Positions 19,265 to 28,956 of a stretch of DNA of 64,000 nucleotides are shown in pieces (positions within the stretch are counted from its first letter, which is position 1; every line of letters starts with the position of its first letter). Position numbers and translations under genes: made by a program. The notes under the pieces are model-generated. The model was not told where the DNA came from, did no database searches, and was given only the letters and a program-made list of their open reading frames with translations. The DNA is from Candidatus Cloacimonadales bacterium (GTDB lineage Bacteria; Cloacimonadota; Cloacimonadia; Cloacimonadales; JAIOQZ01): positions 2,880,001 through 2,944,000 of the forward strand of contig OY762463.1 in assembly GCA_963665815.1 (NCBI GenBank). The letters are read 5' to 3'.

Positions 19265-20689
19265 ATGACCTTAAAAGAAATCAAAAAAATTATAGAAGAA
19301 AAAAAGATTAAGACAATAGATCTGAAATATTCAGATCTGGCAGGAAACTGGTATCACATATCATTCCCACCGGATAAACTTGATAAGGTTATGACTGAAG
19401 GAATATCTTTTGATGGTTCAAGTATTCCCGGAATGAGATCGGTTGAATCCGGTGATATGGTTATTCTTCCGGATATTACAACTGCAATGGTTGATCCGTT
19501 TACAAGATATCCTACCTTAAGAATGCTTTGCTTCATCTGTGATGCAGATACAAGAATTGGTGTTGCTAAAGACCCGAGAAGCGTTGCTAAGAGAACAGAC
19601 GACTACATGAAGTCTACAAAGATAGCAGACCAGTCATTCTGGATTCCTGAATTCGAATTCTATCTTTTTAATGATGCAGTTTTCAGAAATGGTAAATATG
19701 AAGCAGGATACAAGTTTACATCCGCAGAATCCAAAGAAGTACTACCGGGTAAGTACGTGGACAGAGACGGTACAGCCGTTGCTCACAGAAAGGGTTATCA
19801 TATAGATACACCGTTTGACAAATATGCAGATGTTCGTCAGGAAATGGTAAATCAGATGGAAGATATTGGTGTTGACGTGCGTTATCACCACCATGAAGTC
19901 GGTCTTGCAGGTCAGGAAGAAATCGAAACAGAAATGATGGAATTCAGCAATATTGTAGATAAGATGATGTATATCAAGGATATTATTCACAATACTGCAT
20001 TGAGAAACGACCTTACAGCTACATTCATGCCTAAGCCATTATATGATGAAGCTGGAAACGGAATGCACTTCCATATTCAGCTCAGAAAAAAAGGCAAGAA
20101 TGTATTCTTTAAAAAAGGTGAATATGCAGACCTTTCCATTGAAGCTCAGTATTTCATCGGTGGAATCCTGAAACATGGACGTTCTCTAACTGCATTCACA
20201 AATCCAAGCACAAACTCATTCAAGAGACTTCTTCCGGGATTTGAAGCACCTGTGAAATTGTTCTATGGGCTTGCTAACAGATCTGCAGCAATAAGAATAC
20301 CTAAATACGTTACAACCGAAGAAACAAAACGTATTGAATTCAGAACAGGTGACGGAACATGTAATTATTATCTGGCAATGAGTGCTCTTTTAATGGCAGG
20401 GCTTGACGGTATTCAGAACAAGATTCTTCCTACTAAGGAAAACGGATACGGTCCGTTTGATGATAACGTGTTTGCCTGGTCAGATGAGAAGAAAGATATG
20501 CTTGAGTCAATCCCTGAAAGTCTTGAAGAAGCACTTCAGGCTCTGAAGGATGATCATGAGTATCTTCTCAAAGGTGATGTATTTAATAAAGAATTGATAG
20601 ATAGTTGGATAACAGAAAAAATGAAAGAAGTGGTTGCGGTTAAAAACAGACCTCATCCGTTCGAAATGAGTCTTTACTACAGTTTATAA
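19265..20689 (+). CDS. glnA: Glutamine synthetase type I
   Basis: FDGSSI, HHHEV, ATFMPKP, GNGMHFH, NRSAAIRIP and RIEFR motifs. Confidence 0.96.
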   Translation: MTLKEIKKIIEEKKIKTIDLKYSDLAGNWYHISFPPDKLDKVMTEGISFDGSSIPGMRSVESGDMVILPDITTAMVDPFTRYPTLRMLCFICDADTRIGVAKDPRSVAKRTDDYMKSTKIADQSFWIPEFEFYLFNDAVFRNGKYEAGYKFTSAESKEVLPGKYVDRDGTAVAHRKGYHIDTPFDKYADVRQEMVNQMEDIGVDVRYHHHEVGLAGQEEIETEMMEFSNIVDKMMYIKDIIHNTALRNDLTATFMPKPLYDEAGNGMHFHIQLRKKGKNVFFKKGEYADLSIEAQYFIGGILKHGRSLTAFTNPSTNSFKRLLPGFEAPVKLFYGLANRSAAIRIPKYVTTEETKRIEFRTGDGTCNYYLAMSALLMAGLDGIQNKILPTKENGYGPFDDNVFAWSDEKKDMLESIPESLEEALQALKDDHEYLLKGDVFNKELIDSWITEKMKEVVAVKNRPHPFEMSLYYSL

Positions 20690-20701
20690 TTTGGAGGTGA
20701 A

Positions 20702-21847
20702 ATGGATTATTTTTTAACTGAAGACCAGATTGAAATCAGAGATATTGCAAGAAAAATTGCACAAGAGAAGATAAAACCCCTGCGCGAGGAGTACGACGAA
20801 GAAGGAACTTTCCCATGGGATATCGTAAAAATCATGGCTCAGACAGATCTTTTTGCTGTTCTGATTCCTGAAGAATACGATGGTATCAGCGGAAAAGTTA
20901 TGGATCTTGCTATTGTTACAGAAGAACTCAGTAAGGTTGATGCAGGTATAGCTCTCTCATTTGGAGCAACAGGTCTTGGACTATACCCTATACTTCTTTC
21001 AGGAAATGAAGAGCAGAAACAGAAGTATCTTCCTCAGATTGCTGCAGGAGAAAAACTCGCTGCTTTCGCTCTTACAGAAGCTAATGCCGGTTCAGATGCC
21101 GGTGGTATTGAAACAACTGCTGAAAAAGATGGTGATTTCTATATACTTAACGGTACAAAACAGTGGATTACTAACGGTTCAGAAGCTGATATCTACACAG
21201 TTTTTGCAATGACAAACAAAGCAAAAGGTGCCCGTGGTGCTTCCTGCTTCATCGTTGAAAAAGGTACTCCCGGTTTTACATTCGGTAAAAAAGAAAACAA
21301 AATGGGAATCAGAGCTTCAGCTACAACAGAATTGATTTTTGAAAACGTAAGAGTTCCAAAAGAAAACATGGTTGGAAGAGAAGGAACAGGATTCATGGTT
21401 GCCATGAAAACATTCGATAAATCTCGCCCTATGGTTGGTGCTCAGGCAGTAGGTATTGCTCAGGGAGCATATGAAGAAGCTGCTCGTTACTCAAAACAGA
21501 GACATCAGTTTGGGAAACCTATTTCATCATTCCAGGCTATTCAGTTTATGCTTGCTGATATGGCAACACAAATTGAAGCTGCCAGAGCACTGGTATATGC
21601 TACTTCAAGAATGATTGACAGTGGTGTGAAAAAGTACTCTAAAGAATCTGCAATGTGTAAAACTTTTGCTTCAGACGTAGCTATGAAAGTTACGGTCGAT
21701 GCAGTACAGGTTCTTGGCGGTTATGGATATATGAAAGAATATCCTGTAGAAAAAATGATGAGAGATGCAAAGATTACTCAGATCTATGAAGGTACAAACC
21801 AGATTCAGAGATCAATTATTGCATCTAATCTGTTAAAAGAATTTTAA
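20702..21847 (+). CDS. Acyl-CoA dehydrogenase (butyryl-CoA dehydrogenase-like)
   Basis: FALTEANAGSD, NGTKQWITNG, GGYGY and IYEGTNQIQR motifs. Confidence 0.93.
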   Translation: MDYFLTEDQIEIRDIARKIAQEKIKPLREEYDEEGTFPWDIVKIMAQTDLFAVLIPEEYDGISGKVMDLAIVTEELSKVDAGIALSFGATGLGLYPILLSGNEEQKQKYLPQIAAGEKLAAFALTEANAGSDAGGIETTAEKDGDFYILNGTKQWITNGSEADIYTVFAMTNKAKGARGASCFIVEKGTPGFTFGKKENKMGIRASATTELIFENVRVPKENMVGREGTGFMVAMKTFDKSRPMVGAQAVGIAQGAYEEAARYSKQRHQFGKPISSFQAIQFMLADMATQIEAARALVYATSRMIDSGVKKYSKESAMCKTFASDVAMKVTVDAVQVLGGYGYMKEYPVEKMMRDAKITQIYEGTNQIQRSIIASNLLKEF

Positions 21848-21863
21848 TAAGGTAAATATATTG

Positions 21864-21897
21864 AAAACCGTTGGAATTTATGTTCAACGGTTTTTTT
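21864..21897 (+). terminator. Intrinsic terminator after the thiF-acd operon
   Basis: aaaaccgttg/caacggtttt stem with a T tract. Confidence 0.75.
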
Positions 21898-21949
21898 CTT
21901 GCCAATTTTCCGGTGAATTATCAATATATGTAAAAATACATATGGGGGA

Positions 21950-23287
21950 ATGTTTGTGGTTAAACGAATTTTTGTAATAACATTATTTCTGATAGTTTCA
22001 ATTATGATGTTCGCAGATGGATCATCTGAATGCAGTAGGAGCTTAATGTACTTCAGGAAGAGTATCAGGTATGATTTTGGATATTATAATTTATGCCAAA
22101 ATGTAAAAAGAGGAGAACACAGTCATTTTGACGATATAGAATTGAGAGACGAGTCTAAAATGAACTCATTTCGTCCGGAGTTCAACTTTTATAATGAGAC
22201 TCCCGGATTTTTTTTCAGTAATGATTTTGCTGCATCATATAGTATGATTAAGGTAAATAGTGGTAGTCACAGGATAAATGCGATGAACAGTATGGACTAT
22301 GAATTGGGTAAGGTAAATAGTGGTAGTTACAGGATAAATGCGCTGAACAGCATGGACTATAAATTTGGTCAGGAAAGAGCTTTCAAAATTAGTCTTGATG
22401 CGTACTTTCAGTATATGTCAAGAAAGCATGAAAGCACTAATAATATTGAAAGATGCTATGAAGATGATCTCTCAATAACCGGCGATCTTTTTATTGGTAA
22501 AAGTAATGGGAGAATTGTTGATTCAGCCGTTTATAATACAGCTTTGCAAGTTGTTGATTTCCTTAACTTGACCCTTTCGGCAAACCTGACAGAAAAAGAT
22601 GTAGATGCAGTTTGTGAATATTTGGCAAACAGACCAAAATACAATTACATCGAAATCCTGAATCTGGTTAACATTGATGATAATGCAAGATTGAACCAAC
22701 ATGAAATATTCAAAATGAATTCGATCATGACTTCAGTAGCACATGTAAGAAACTCAGGAAAAGAAGCTTCTCTAGGATTGTTTTGTGAGTATTCTCGTCT
22801 GGAAGATGATATGGTGGAACAAGAATATCACGGTTTAAATGTAAGAAGTCGTAATGTTGAAGAAACTTTCTATGGAATAAAGCTGAATATTGAAAAACAT
22901 ATAAAACTAAACTCTATCCTTGATGCAGGAGGATTTATTGAAGGAAGAACAGGAATGGCTCTTGATACCAGCAGTGAAAATAATGATACTGTAATTGCAT
23001 TCAGGGTTTTAGGAGGAGTGTCGTTGTTTCATGAATCATTCAGAGGTATTTCATCAGAAATTGCTACAATTTTTACTTATTATGGAAATGCTGATAATGC
23101 CTGTAAAATTTCTCGGAGCAACATTAATCTGGTTTATAGCTGGAATACAATATTAGATTTTTACGTATCTGCTATATATAATGCAGTAATTTATGAAGGG
23201 GATCCTGTCTATACAATAAGTAGTTTTGAAGTTCTGGAAGATGAGAATGAATTCAGTGCAGTAAGTGGTATAAAGTATAAATTATAA
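21950..23287 (+). CDS. Hypothetical secreted protein, possibly an outer-membrane beta-barrel
   Basis: Signal peptide; alternating hydrophobic strands; C-terminal GIKYKL. Confidence 0.5.
   Translation: MFVVKRIFVITLFLIVSIMMFADGSSECSRSLMYFRKSIRYDFGYYNLCQNVKRGEHSHFDDIELRDESKMNSFRPEFNFYNETPGFFFSNDFAASYSMIKVNSGSHRINAMNSMDYELGKVNSGSYRINALNSMDYKFGQERAFKISLDAYFQYMSRKHESTNNIERCYEDDLSITGDLFIGKSNGRIVDSAVYNTALQVVDFLNLTLSANLTEKDVDAVCEYLANRPKYNYIEILNLVNIDDNARLNQHEIFKMNSIMTSVAHVRNSGKEASLGLFCEYSRLEDDMVEQEYHGLNVRSRNVEETFYGIKLNIEKHIKLNSILDAGGFIEGRTGMALDTSSENNDTVIAFRVLGGVSLFHESFRGISSEIATIFTYYGNADNACKISRSNINLVYSWNTILDFYVSAIYNAVIYEGDPVYTISSFEVLEDENEFSAVSGIKYKL
22249..22368 (+). repeat. In-frame 60-bp tandem duplication
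   Basis: Encodes KVNSGSHRINAMNSMDYELG then KVNSGSYRINALNSMDYKFG. Confidence 0.9.
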
Positions 23288-23292
23288 AATAA

Positions 23293-23316
23293 AGGCTGTC
23301 AGTTAAAAGGCAGCCT
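23293..23316. terminator. Hairpin between convergent genes
   Basis: aggctgtc/ggcagcct stem. Confidence 0.55.
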
Positions 23317-23319
23317 GTT

Positions 23320-23916
23320 TTAAAATCTGAGAATTACTCTACATGGACTTCCTGAAACATTCTGTAAGTTCAGAGGCACTGCGACAATTTCACCATCTTC
23401 AGGAATATTCTCACAATTCTCAAGATCCTCTATCAGATATTTATCTCTTTCTGCCAGTATCCTGTTGAAGTAATAGTTTTTCTTACCTTTAATCTCGATT
23501 TCCTGCATTATTATCCATACTTTTACCGGTAAAGAAAGCAGTACTTCAAATTTACCTAAACCGATAGTAATTTTGTTATTCACTGTACTTCGCAGAAACA
23601 AGAATTTTTCATCATGGTATTTATCTTTGAGTTTTTTTGGAGATAATATGGCAATATCCAACTCATTCAAAAGAAGGTAACTACCAAACATATTATTTAG
23701 ATGCAGGCATTCAAGAGTATCTCCATTTTCTGAAAAATGTGCAGGAGCATCGATATGTGTTCCTGTCTGTGTTCCTAGTTCAACCTTACTGACTCGGAAA
23801 TTATTCTCCTGTATTGTGCCCCATTCCGAAATGATAAAAGGTGGATCAGAATAATCGTCATCTGAGTAGAGAATAGTCTCACTATTAAGCTTTCGAGTCA
23901 AATCTATGTATTTCAT
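23320..23916 (-). CDS. Cyclase/kynurenine formamidase-like metal-dependent hydrolase
   Basis: IDLT N-terminus; QTGTHIDAPAH (HxGTHxDxPxH-like); GSPCR C-terminus. Confidence 0.8.
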   Translation of the reverse strand: MKYIDLTRKLNSETILYSDDDYSDPPFIISEWGTIQENNFRVSKVELGTQTGTHIDAPAHFSENGDTLECLHLNNMFGSYLLLNELDIAILSPKKLKDKYHDEKFLFLRSTVNNKITIGLGKFEVLLSLPVKVWIIMQEIEIKGKKNYYFNRILAERDKYLIEDLENCENIPEDGEIVAVPLNLQNVSGSPCRVILRF

Positions 23917-23954
23917 GATAATCTATTTATAAAGTGCGTCAATACTAATTGAGA

Positions 23955-24734
23955 TTATCTGGCAGAATAACCACCATCAATAAGAATATCTGTACCGGTA
24001 ATCCATTTGGATTTATCAGATAAAAGGAAACTACATACCTCGGCAACATCTTCTGGCTTACCTGTACCAAGAGGATGCATGTCATATATATTTTGCTTCA
24101 TATCTTCTGGAAATTCTTCCATCATTTCTTTAACAAGGTCTGTTTCTACAATGCCGGGAGAAACAGAATTTATTCTATGACCCTTATCGGCAATTTCAAG
24201 AGAAACTGCTTTTACAGCACTTACAATTGCACCTTTGGATGCACAATAACTAACCTTGCATCTTTCTCCCAAAGTTCCCATGACACTTGAGATAAGAACA
24301 AAAGAAATTGAACCAACTTTATTCTTTTTCAGTTTCGTAATACTTTTAACAAAGCTGAATGCAGCAAAGGCGTTAATCTCAGCCAATTTTCTAAAATCAT
24401 CCCTTGTTGTTTTCCTTAAAGGTTTAAGAATAGCATCCCCAGCAGCATATACTAAACCATGAATTTCTCCATGCTCATTAAAAATGCGCTTTACTTCTGA
24501 ATCAATATTATCTTCATCTGCAAAATTTATTACAGCTACACAATGAGATTCTGTATTAGTTGTGATTTTATCCTGTACAGCCTTAAGTTTAGCCTTATTA
24601 CGCCCAGCAAGTATAACTTTAGCCCCATAATCAGCAAGAGCTATAACACACGCTTCACCGATACCGCCAGTTGCACCACATACGATTATGTTTTTTCCAC
24701 TTAAGTATTCTTTATTCAAAATTATCTTCTCCAA
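23955..24734 (-). CDS. SDR oxidoreductase (FabG-like), copy 2
   Basis: CGATGGIG, YCASK and WITGTDILIDGG motifs. The start is a TTG overlapping the ACP end; its exact position is uncertain. Confidence 0.9.
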   Translation of the reverse strand: MEKIILNKEYLSGKNIIVCGATGGIGEACVIALADYGAKVILAGRNKAKLKAVQDKITTNTESHCVAVINFADEDNIDSEVKRIFNEHGEIHGLVYAAGDAILKPLRKTTRDDFRKLAEINAFAAFSFVKSITKLKKNKVGSISFVLISSVMGTLGERCKVSYCASKGAIVSAVKAVSLEIADKGHRINSVSPGIVETDLVKEMMEEFPEDMKQNIYDMHPLGTGKPEDVAEVCSFLLSDKSKWITGTDILIDGGYSAR

Positions 24735-24945
24735 TTAATTTGATCAGATCGTTAATTGATCCTAATTCCTGAAGTTGGTTTGCTTTAAATTGAATTCCGA
24801 ATTTTTTATGTACAAATGCAATGATACTGAGTACTGCAAATGAATCATAGTCTTCCACGTCATCAAGATTAGTATCTAACTCAAGCTCATCTTCTTCAAG
24901 TTCTAATACTTCGATAATTTCTGCTAAAAATTCTTTCTTTGTCAT
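24712..24945 (-). CDS. Acyl carrier protein, copy 2
   Basis: 77 aa, acidic, YDSFAVL phosphopantetheine motif. Confidence 0.88.
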   Translation of the reverse strand: MTKKEFLAEIIEVLELEEDELELDTNLDDVEDYDSFAVLSIIAFVHKKFGIQFKANQLQELGSINDLIKLIGEDNFE

Positions 24946-24956
24946 TATATTCTCCT

Positions 24957-25955
24957 TTAAATTTCTATAACTGTTCCACCCCAGGAATACCCGACACCAA
25001 AGCCAAGAAGCAATACCTTATTTCCTTTGACTATTTCACCTGAATCCAAAAGCTTTTTCAGGGCTATTGGTATTGTTGAAGAGACTGTATTACCTGTTTC
25101 TTCCATGCTGAGGAAGAATTTTTCCTTGGGAATATCACACAAATCCTTCAAATAATTCAACATATATTTATTTGCCTGATGGAATACAAAATAATCAATA
25201 TCATTGATATCAAGATTATTTATACTTAAAGTGTTCTTGAATGTTACTGGAACATGGCTGATAGTAAAATTAAATATTTCAGGTCCATTCATGTAGATAT
25301 CATTATCCGATCTGAAACTACCCTGTCCATCATCTTCAGCAATGAGTTCAGGATTATAGCGATTTCTCGTTCCACCGTTTTTCACAATAAGATTATCCGC
25401 ACCGGACCCGTCAGTACCTAGAGAGAATTCAAGTAAATGTTCCTTATCAGACTGGGAAATTATTGTAGCTGTGGCTGCATCTCCGAAAATTGTTCTGTTC
25501 GCCAGATCATTTTCATTTATATATTTTGAGTATGTTTCTGCTGTGATAAATAATACGTTTCTCGCAACTCCGGCACTAATGAGTCCTTTTATCATTGCCA
25601 GACCATATACAAAACCTGAACAACCAAGATTGAAGTCAAAAGCTCCGATACTGTCTTTTAGACCCAACTTATCCTGGAGAATACATGCCCCGGATGGAAG
25701 ATAATATTCGGGACTCTGTGTACAATACACTAAAAAGTCAATATCATCTTTATTGAAATCTTCCAGTATTCTGTTTCCGGCTTTAATAGCCAGATCAAGA
25801 GCTGTTTCGTTTTCTGACACTACATGTCTGCTTCTGATTCCTGTTTTTTTGAATACTTTGCTGGATTTCCATTTTTTAAACCTATCTTCCAGATACTGAT
25901 TTGTGACTTCACCTTCAGGAAAAACAAACTCTATTTTTTCTATTCTTGATCCCAT
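24957..25955 (-). CDS. 3-oxoacyl-ACP synthase III-like (FabH), copy 2
   Basis: C-H-N catalytic triad in NLGCSG, HQAN and GNT; GFGVGYSWG. Confidence 0.92.
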   Translation of the reverse strand: MGSRIEKIEFVFPEGEVTNQYLEDRFKKWKSSKVFKKTGIRSRHVVSENETALDLAIKAGNRILEDFNKDDIDFLVYCTQSPEYYLPSGACILQDKLGLKDSIGAFDFNLGCSGFVYGLAMIKGLISAGVARNVLFITAETYSKYINENDLANRTIFGDAATATIISQSDKEHLLEFSLGTDGSGADNLIVKNGGTRNRYNPELIAEDDGQGSFRSDNDIYMNGPEIFNFTISHVPVTFKNTLSINNLDINDIDYFVFHQANKYMLNYLKDLCDIPKEKFFLSMEETGNTVSSTIPIALKKLLDSGEIVKGNKVLLLGFGVGYSWGGTVIEI

Positions 25956-26010
25956 TATTCCTCCTTAGTTTTGTACTTTTCTATATTTATGAAAATAATT
26001 TTAAGCGGGA

Positions 26011-26784
26011 TTATTTTGCTGAGTATCCACCATCAATTACAAAGTCTGTACCTGTAATCCACCTTGATCTGTCCGATAAAAGAAAGTTGCACAACTCGGC
26101 AACATCCTTAGGTTGTCCTGTACCTAAAGGATACGTTTTCAGTATTCTTTCCTTCATGTCAACGGGATACTTTTCCATAATCTTTTTGACAATGGGTGTA
26201 TTTACAATCCCCGGAGAAACGGAGTTAATCCTGTGTCCTTTATCTGCTAATTCCAAAGCAATTGCTTTTACTCCACTTATGACTGCACCTTTAGAAGCAC
26301 AATAAGCAGCTAATCCTCTATTTGCGACATTTCCCATAATGCTCGATATAATAACGAAAGACATCTGCGACACCTTGTTTTTCTTGAGCTTCATGATGCT
26401 TCTTACAAAACTGAATCCTGAAAATGCATTTATATCAAGTAAACTACGGAAATCTTCTCTGGTTGTTTTTCTTAATGGTTTCGTAATCTCAAAACCTGCA
26501 GCATGAATAAAACCATGAATCTGTCCATGCTTATCGAAAATTGATTTGACTACTGAATCAATACTATCATCATTAGTCAAATCAACAATAGCAATATCAT
26601 GAATTTTATCGTGTAACTTCAATAAAACAGATTTCAATTTTTCTTCATTTCGACCTGTAAGTATTACTCTCGCCCCGCTATCAGCAGCTTCAATAACACA
26701 AGCTTCACCTATACCCCCAGATGCACCGGTAATCAATATTGTTTTATCAGCAAGCATTTTTTTATGCAAATTTATCTTCTCCAA
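26011..26784 (-). CDS. SDR oxidoreductase (FabG-like), copy 1
   Basis: TGASGGIG, YCASK and WITGTDFVIDGG motifs. Confidence 0.9.
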   Translation of the reverse strand: MEKINLHKKMLADKTILITGASGGIGEACVIEAADSGARVILTGRNEEKLKSVLLKLHDKIHDIAIVDLTNDDSIDSVVKSIFDKHGQIHGFIHAAGFEITKPLRKTTREDFRSLLDINAFSGFSFVRSIMKLKKNKVSQMSFVIISSIMGNVANRGLAAYCASKGAVISGVKAIALELADKGHRINSVSPGIVNTPIVKKIMEKYPVDMKERILKTYPLGTGQPKDVAELCNFLLSDRSRWITGTDFVIDGGYSAK

Positions 26785-26995
26785 TTAACTTGATAAGATC
26801 ATTGATAGAAGATAACTCCTGTAATTGATTTGCCTTGAATTGTATTCCAAATTTTTTATGTACAAATGCTATAATGCTTAATACGGCAAATGAATCATAA
26901 TCTTCAACATCATCAAGATCTGTGTTAAAATCTAACTCATCTTCTTCAAGCTCTAAAACCTCGATTATTTCTGCTAAAAATTCTTTCTTTGTCAT
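26762..26995 (-). CDS. Acyl carrier protein, copy 1
   Basis: YDSFAVL motif; 70 of 77 residues identical to copy 2 by manual count. Confidence 0.88.
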   Translation of the reverse strand: MTKKEFLAEIIEVLELEEDELDFNTDLDDVEDYDSFAVLSIIAFVHKKFGIQFKANQLQELSSINDLIKLIGEDKFA

Positions 26996-27006
26996 ATTTT
27001 TCTCCT

Positions 27007-28005
27007 TTAAATTTCAATAATTGTTCCACCCCAGGAATACCCAACACCAAAACCAAGAAGCAATATTTTACTTCCACTGTCTATTTTATTCAATTTAATT
27101 AATTTAGATAAACCTATAGGAATTGTACATGATGAAGTATTACCTGTTTCCTCTAGATCTATATGGAATTTTTCAACAGGAATTTCACACAAATCCCGCA
27201 AATATTTCAAAATATATTTGTTAGCTTGATGGAATACAACATAATCAATATCTGAAATATCCATTTTGTTCTTTTCTAATGTATTTTTAAATGTTACTGG
27301 AACATGACTTATGGTGAAATTGAAAATTTCAGGTCCATTCATATAAATATTGTTATCTGTCCTGAAATTACCCAACCCATCGTCCTGAGGAACAAGGTCA
27401 GGATTGTATAGGTTTTTCCGACCACCATTTTTTACAACAAGATTATCTACTCCGGTACCATCTGTTCCAAGAGAAAATTCATGAAAATGCTCTTCATCAC
27501 TTTGAGATATTATTGTAGCTGTCGCGGCATCACCAAATATAACTTTATTTGCAACATCATTTTCATTTATGTATTTTGTAAGTGTATCTGCCGTAACAAA
27601 AAGTACTTTTCTCGCAATCCCAGATTTTATCAGTCCTTTAATAATTGAAAGCCCATATACATATCCGGAACAACCAAGAGTAATATCCAAAGCTCCAATT
27701 GAATCTGATAAACCAAGCTTATCCTGTAAAATACATGCGCCTGACGGAAGATAATATTCCGGACTCTGAGTACAATATAACAGAAAATCAACTTCTGACT
27801 TGTCATAATCCTGCAAGATATTAGTTCCGACCTTAAACGCCAGATCCAATGCTGTTTCTCCATCAGATACAACATGCCTGCTTTTGATTCCCGTGTTTTT
27901 ATACACTTTACGTGATTTGAATTTTTTATATTTTTCTTCCAGATATTCATTAGTGATTATCTTCTCAGGCAGATAATATTCAATTTTCTCTATTTTAGAA
28001 CCCAT
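27007..28005 (-). CDS. 3-oxoacyl-ACP synthase III-like (FabH), copy 1
   Basis: TLGCSG, HQAN and GNT motifs; GFGVGYSWG. Confidence 0.92.
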   Translation of the reverse strand: MGSKIEKIEYYLPEKIITNEYLEEKYKKFKSRKVYKNTGIKSRHVVSDGETALDLAFKVGTNILQDYDKSEVDFLLYCTQSPEYYLPSGACILQDKLGLSDSIGALDITLGCSGYVYGLSIIKGLIKSGIARKVLFVTADTLTKYINENDVANKVIFGDAATATIISQSDEEHFHEFSLGTDGTGVDNLVVKNGGRKNLYNPDLVPQDDGLGNFRTDNNIYMNGPEIFNFTISHVPVTFKNTLEKNKMDISDIDYVVFHQANKYILKYLRDLCEIPVEKFHIDLEETGNTSSCTIPIGLSKLIKLNKIDSGSKILLLGFGVGYSWGGTIIEI

Positions 28006-28113
28006 CTCCGACCTTCTATTTTTTTATGCATTTTACTGATTTTTTTTATAACATTACATGTGTCAAGCAATATGTAGTGATATTGTAAAACGAATCTCAA
28101 GGCATTTCGCTTT

Positions 28114-28863
28114 CTAGTAAAATGATAACACATAATGCCAGTCTGAGATTTCAGATTTTTCATAAACTGCAATCTTAACTTTGTCATTCCATTCATACTC
28201 AACATAACCTTTATCAGAAGCAATTATTTTTTTTACGGCATCAGTAAGAGTATATGAGTCTAACTCAAACACATTTATCAGACAATAATCCCTTTTCTCA
28301 AAATCGAACATTGCTATACCCTGACTGTTTACAGCATAGAAGTCCATATTTTCCGGAATTGTAATATTTGCCTTGATCCGATTCCAGAATTCATCAAGGT
28401 ATATCGAAGATGCTACTATCCCTGTTACTTCTCCATCCTTTATGACCGGAACAGCAATAACAAATGATTTCTTTCCACTGGTCTTTCCAATTATTGGATA
28501 CCCTACAACATCCTTCCCCGCAAGTAAAGTCGGAAAATACGCCCTGTCACTGAGATTAGCTTTGACTTTACCCCTTTCTGAAGTATAATAAGATCCATCA
28601 GGTAAAGCATACCAGTATAATGCAGCTATTTTTTCAGGATCATCCTTTAGTGCATTCAAAATATTCTCCCAATCACCTTCCTTTGCAATCCCCGACTCTG
28701 CAATATTTTGTAATCGGGTTAGTTCTCCGGCTATAAAGCCCTCAGATCTGTTTATAGCATCCTCAAGAATGATTCTGGAAGCAGCTATTTTTGTCTCCGT
28801 AGAACAGGAAACTGTTATTGACAAAATGATAAAGATAAGTGACAATATAAAAACTTTCTTCAT
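28114..28863 (-). CDS. Stand-alone Cache-domain lipoprotein
   Basis: Lipobox TVSC; LSDRAYF...PIIGKTSGKKSFVIAVPV...G dCache pattern; no TM helix or output domain. Confidence 0.75.
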   Translation of the reverse strand: MKKVFILSLIFIILSITVSCSTETKIAASRIILEDAINRSEGFIAGELTRLQNIAESGIAKEGDWENILNALKDDPEKIAALYWYALPDGSYYTSERGKVKANLSDRAYFPTLLAGKDVVGYPIIGKTSGKKSFVIAVPVIKDGEVTGIVASSIYLDEFWNRIKANITIPENMDFYAVNSQGIAMFDFEKRDYCLINVFELDSYTLTDAVKKIIASDKGYVEYEWNDKVKIAVYEKSEISDWHYVLSFY

Positions 28864-28929
28864 AATATTTTCTCCTTGCATTTACGATAAGATACGAAAT
28901 GCGGTTAAGAAGTGTCAAGATTTTGAATT

Positions 28930-28956
28930 TTAGCAGTCTCAAATAAAGAGTGCTAA
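28930..28956 (+). promoter_or_regulatory. CIRCE element upstream of clpB
   Basis: TTAGCAGTC-tcaaataaa-GAGTGCTAA, one mismatch to consensus; TTGACA at 28964-28969. Confidence 0.9.
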
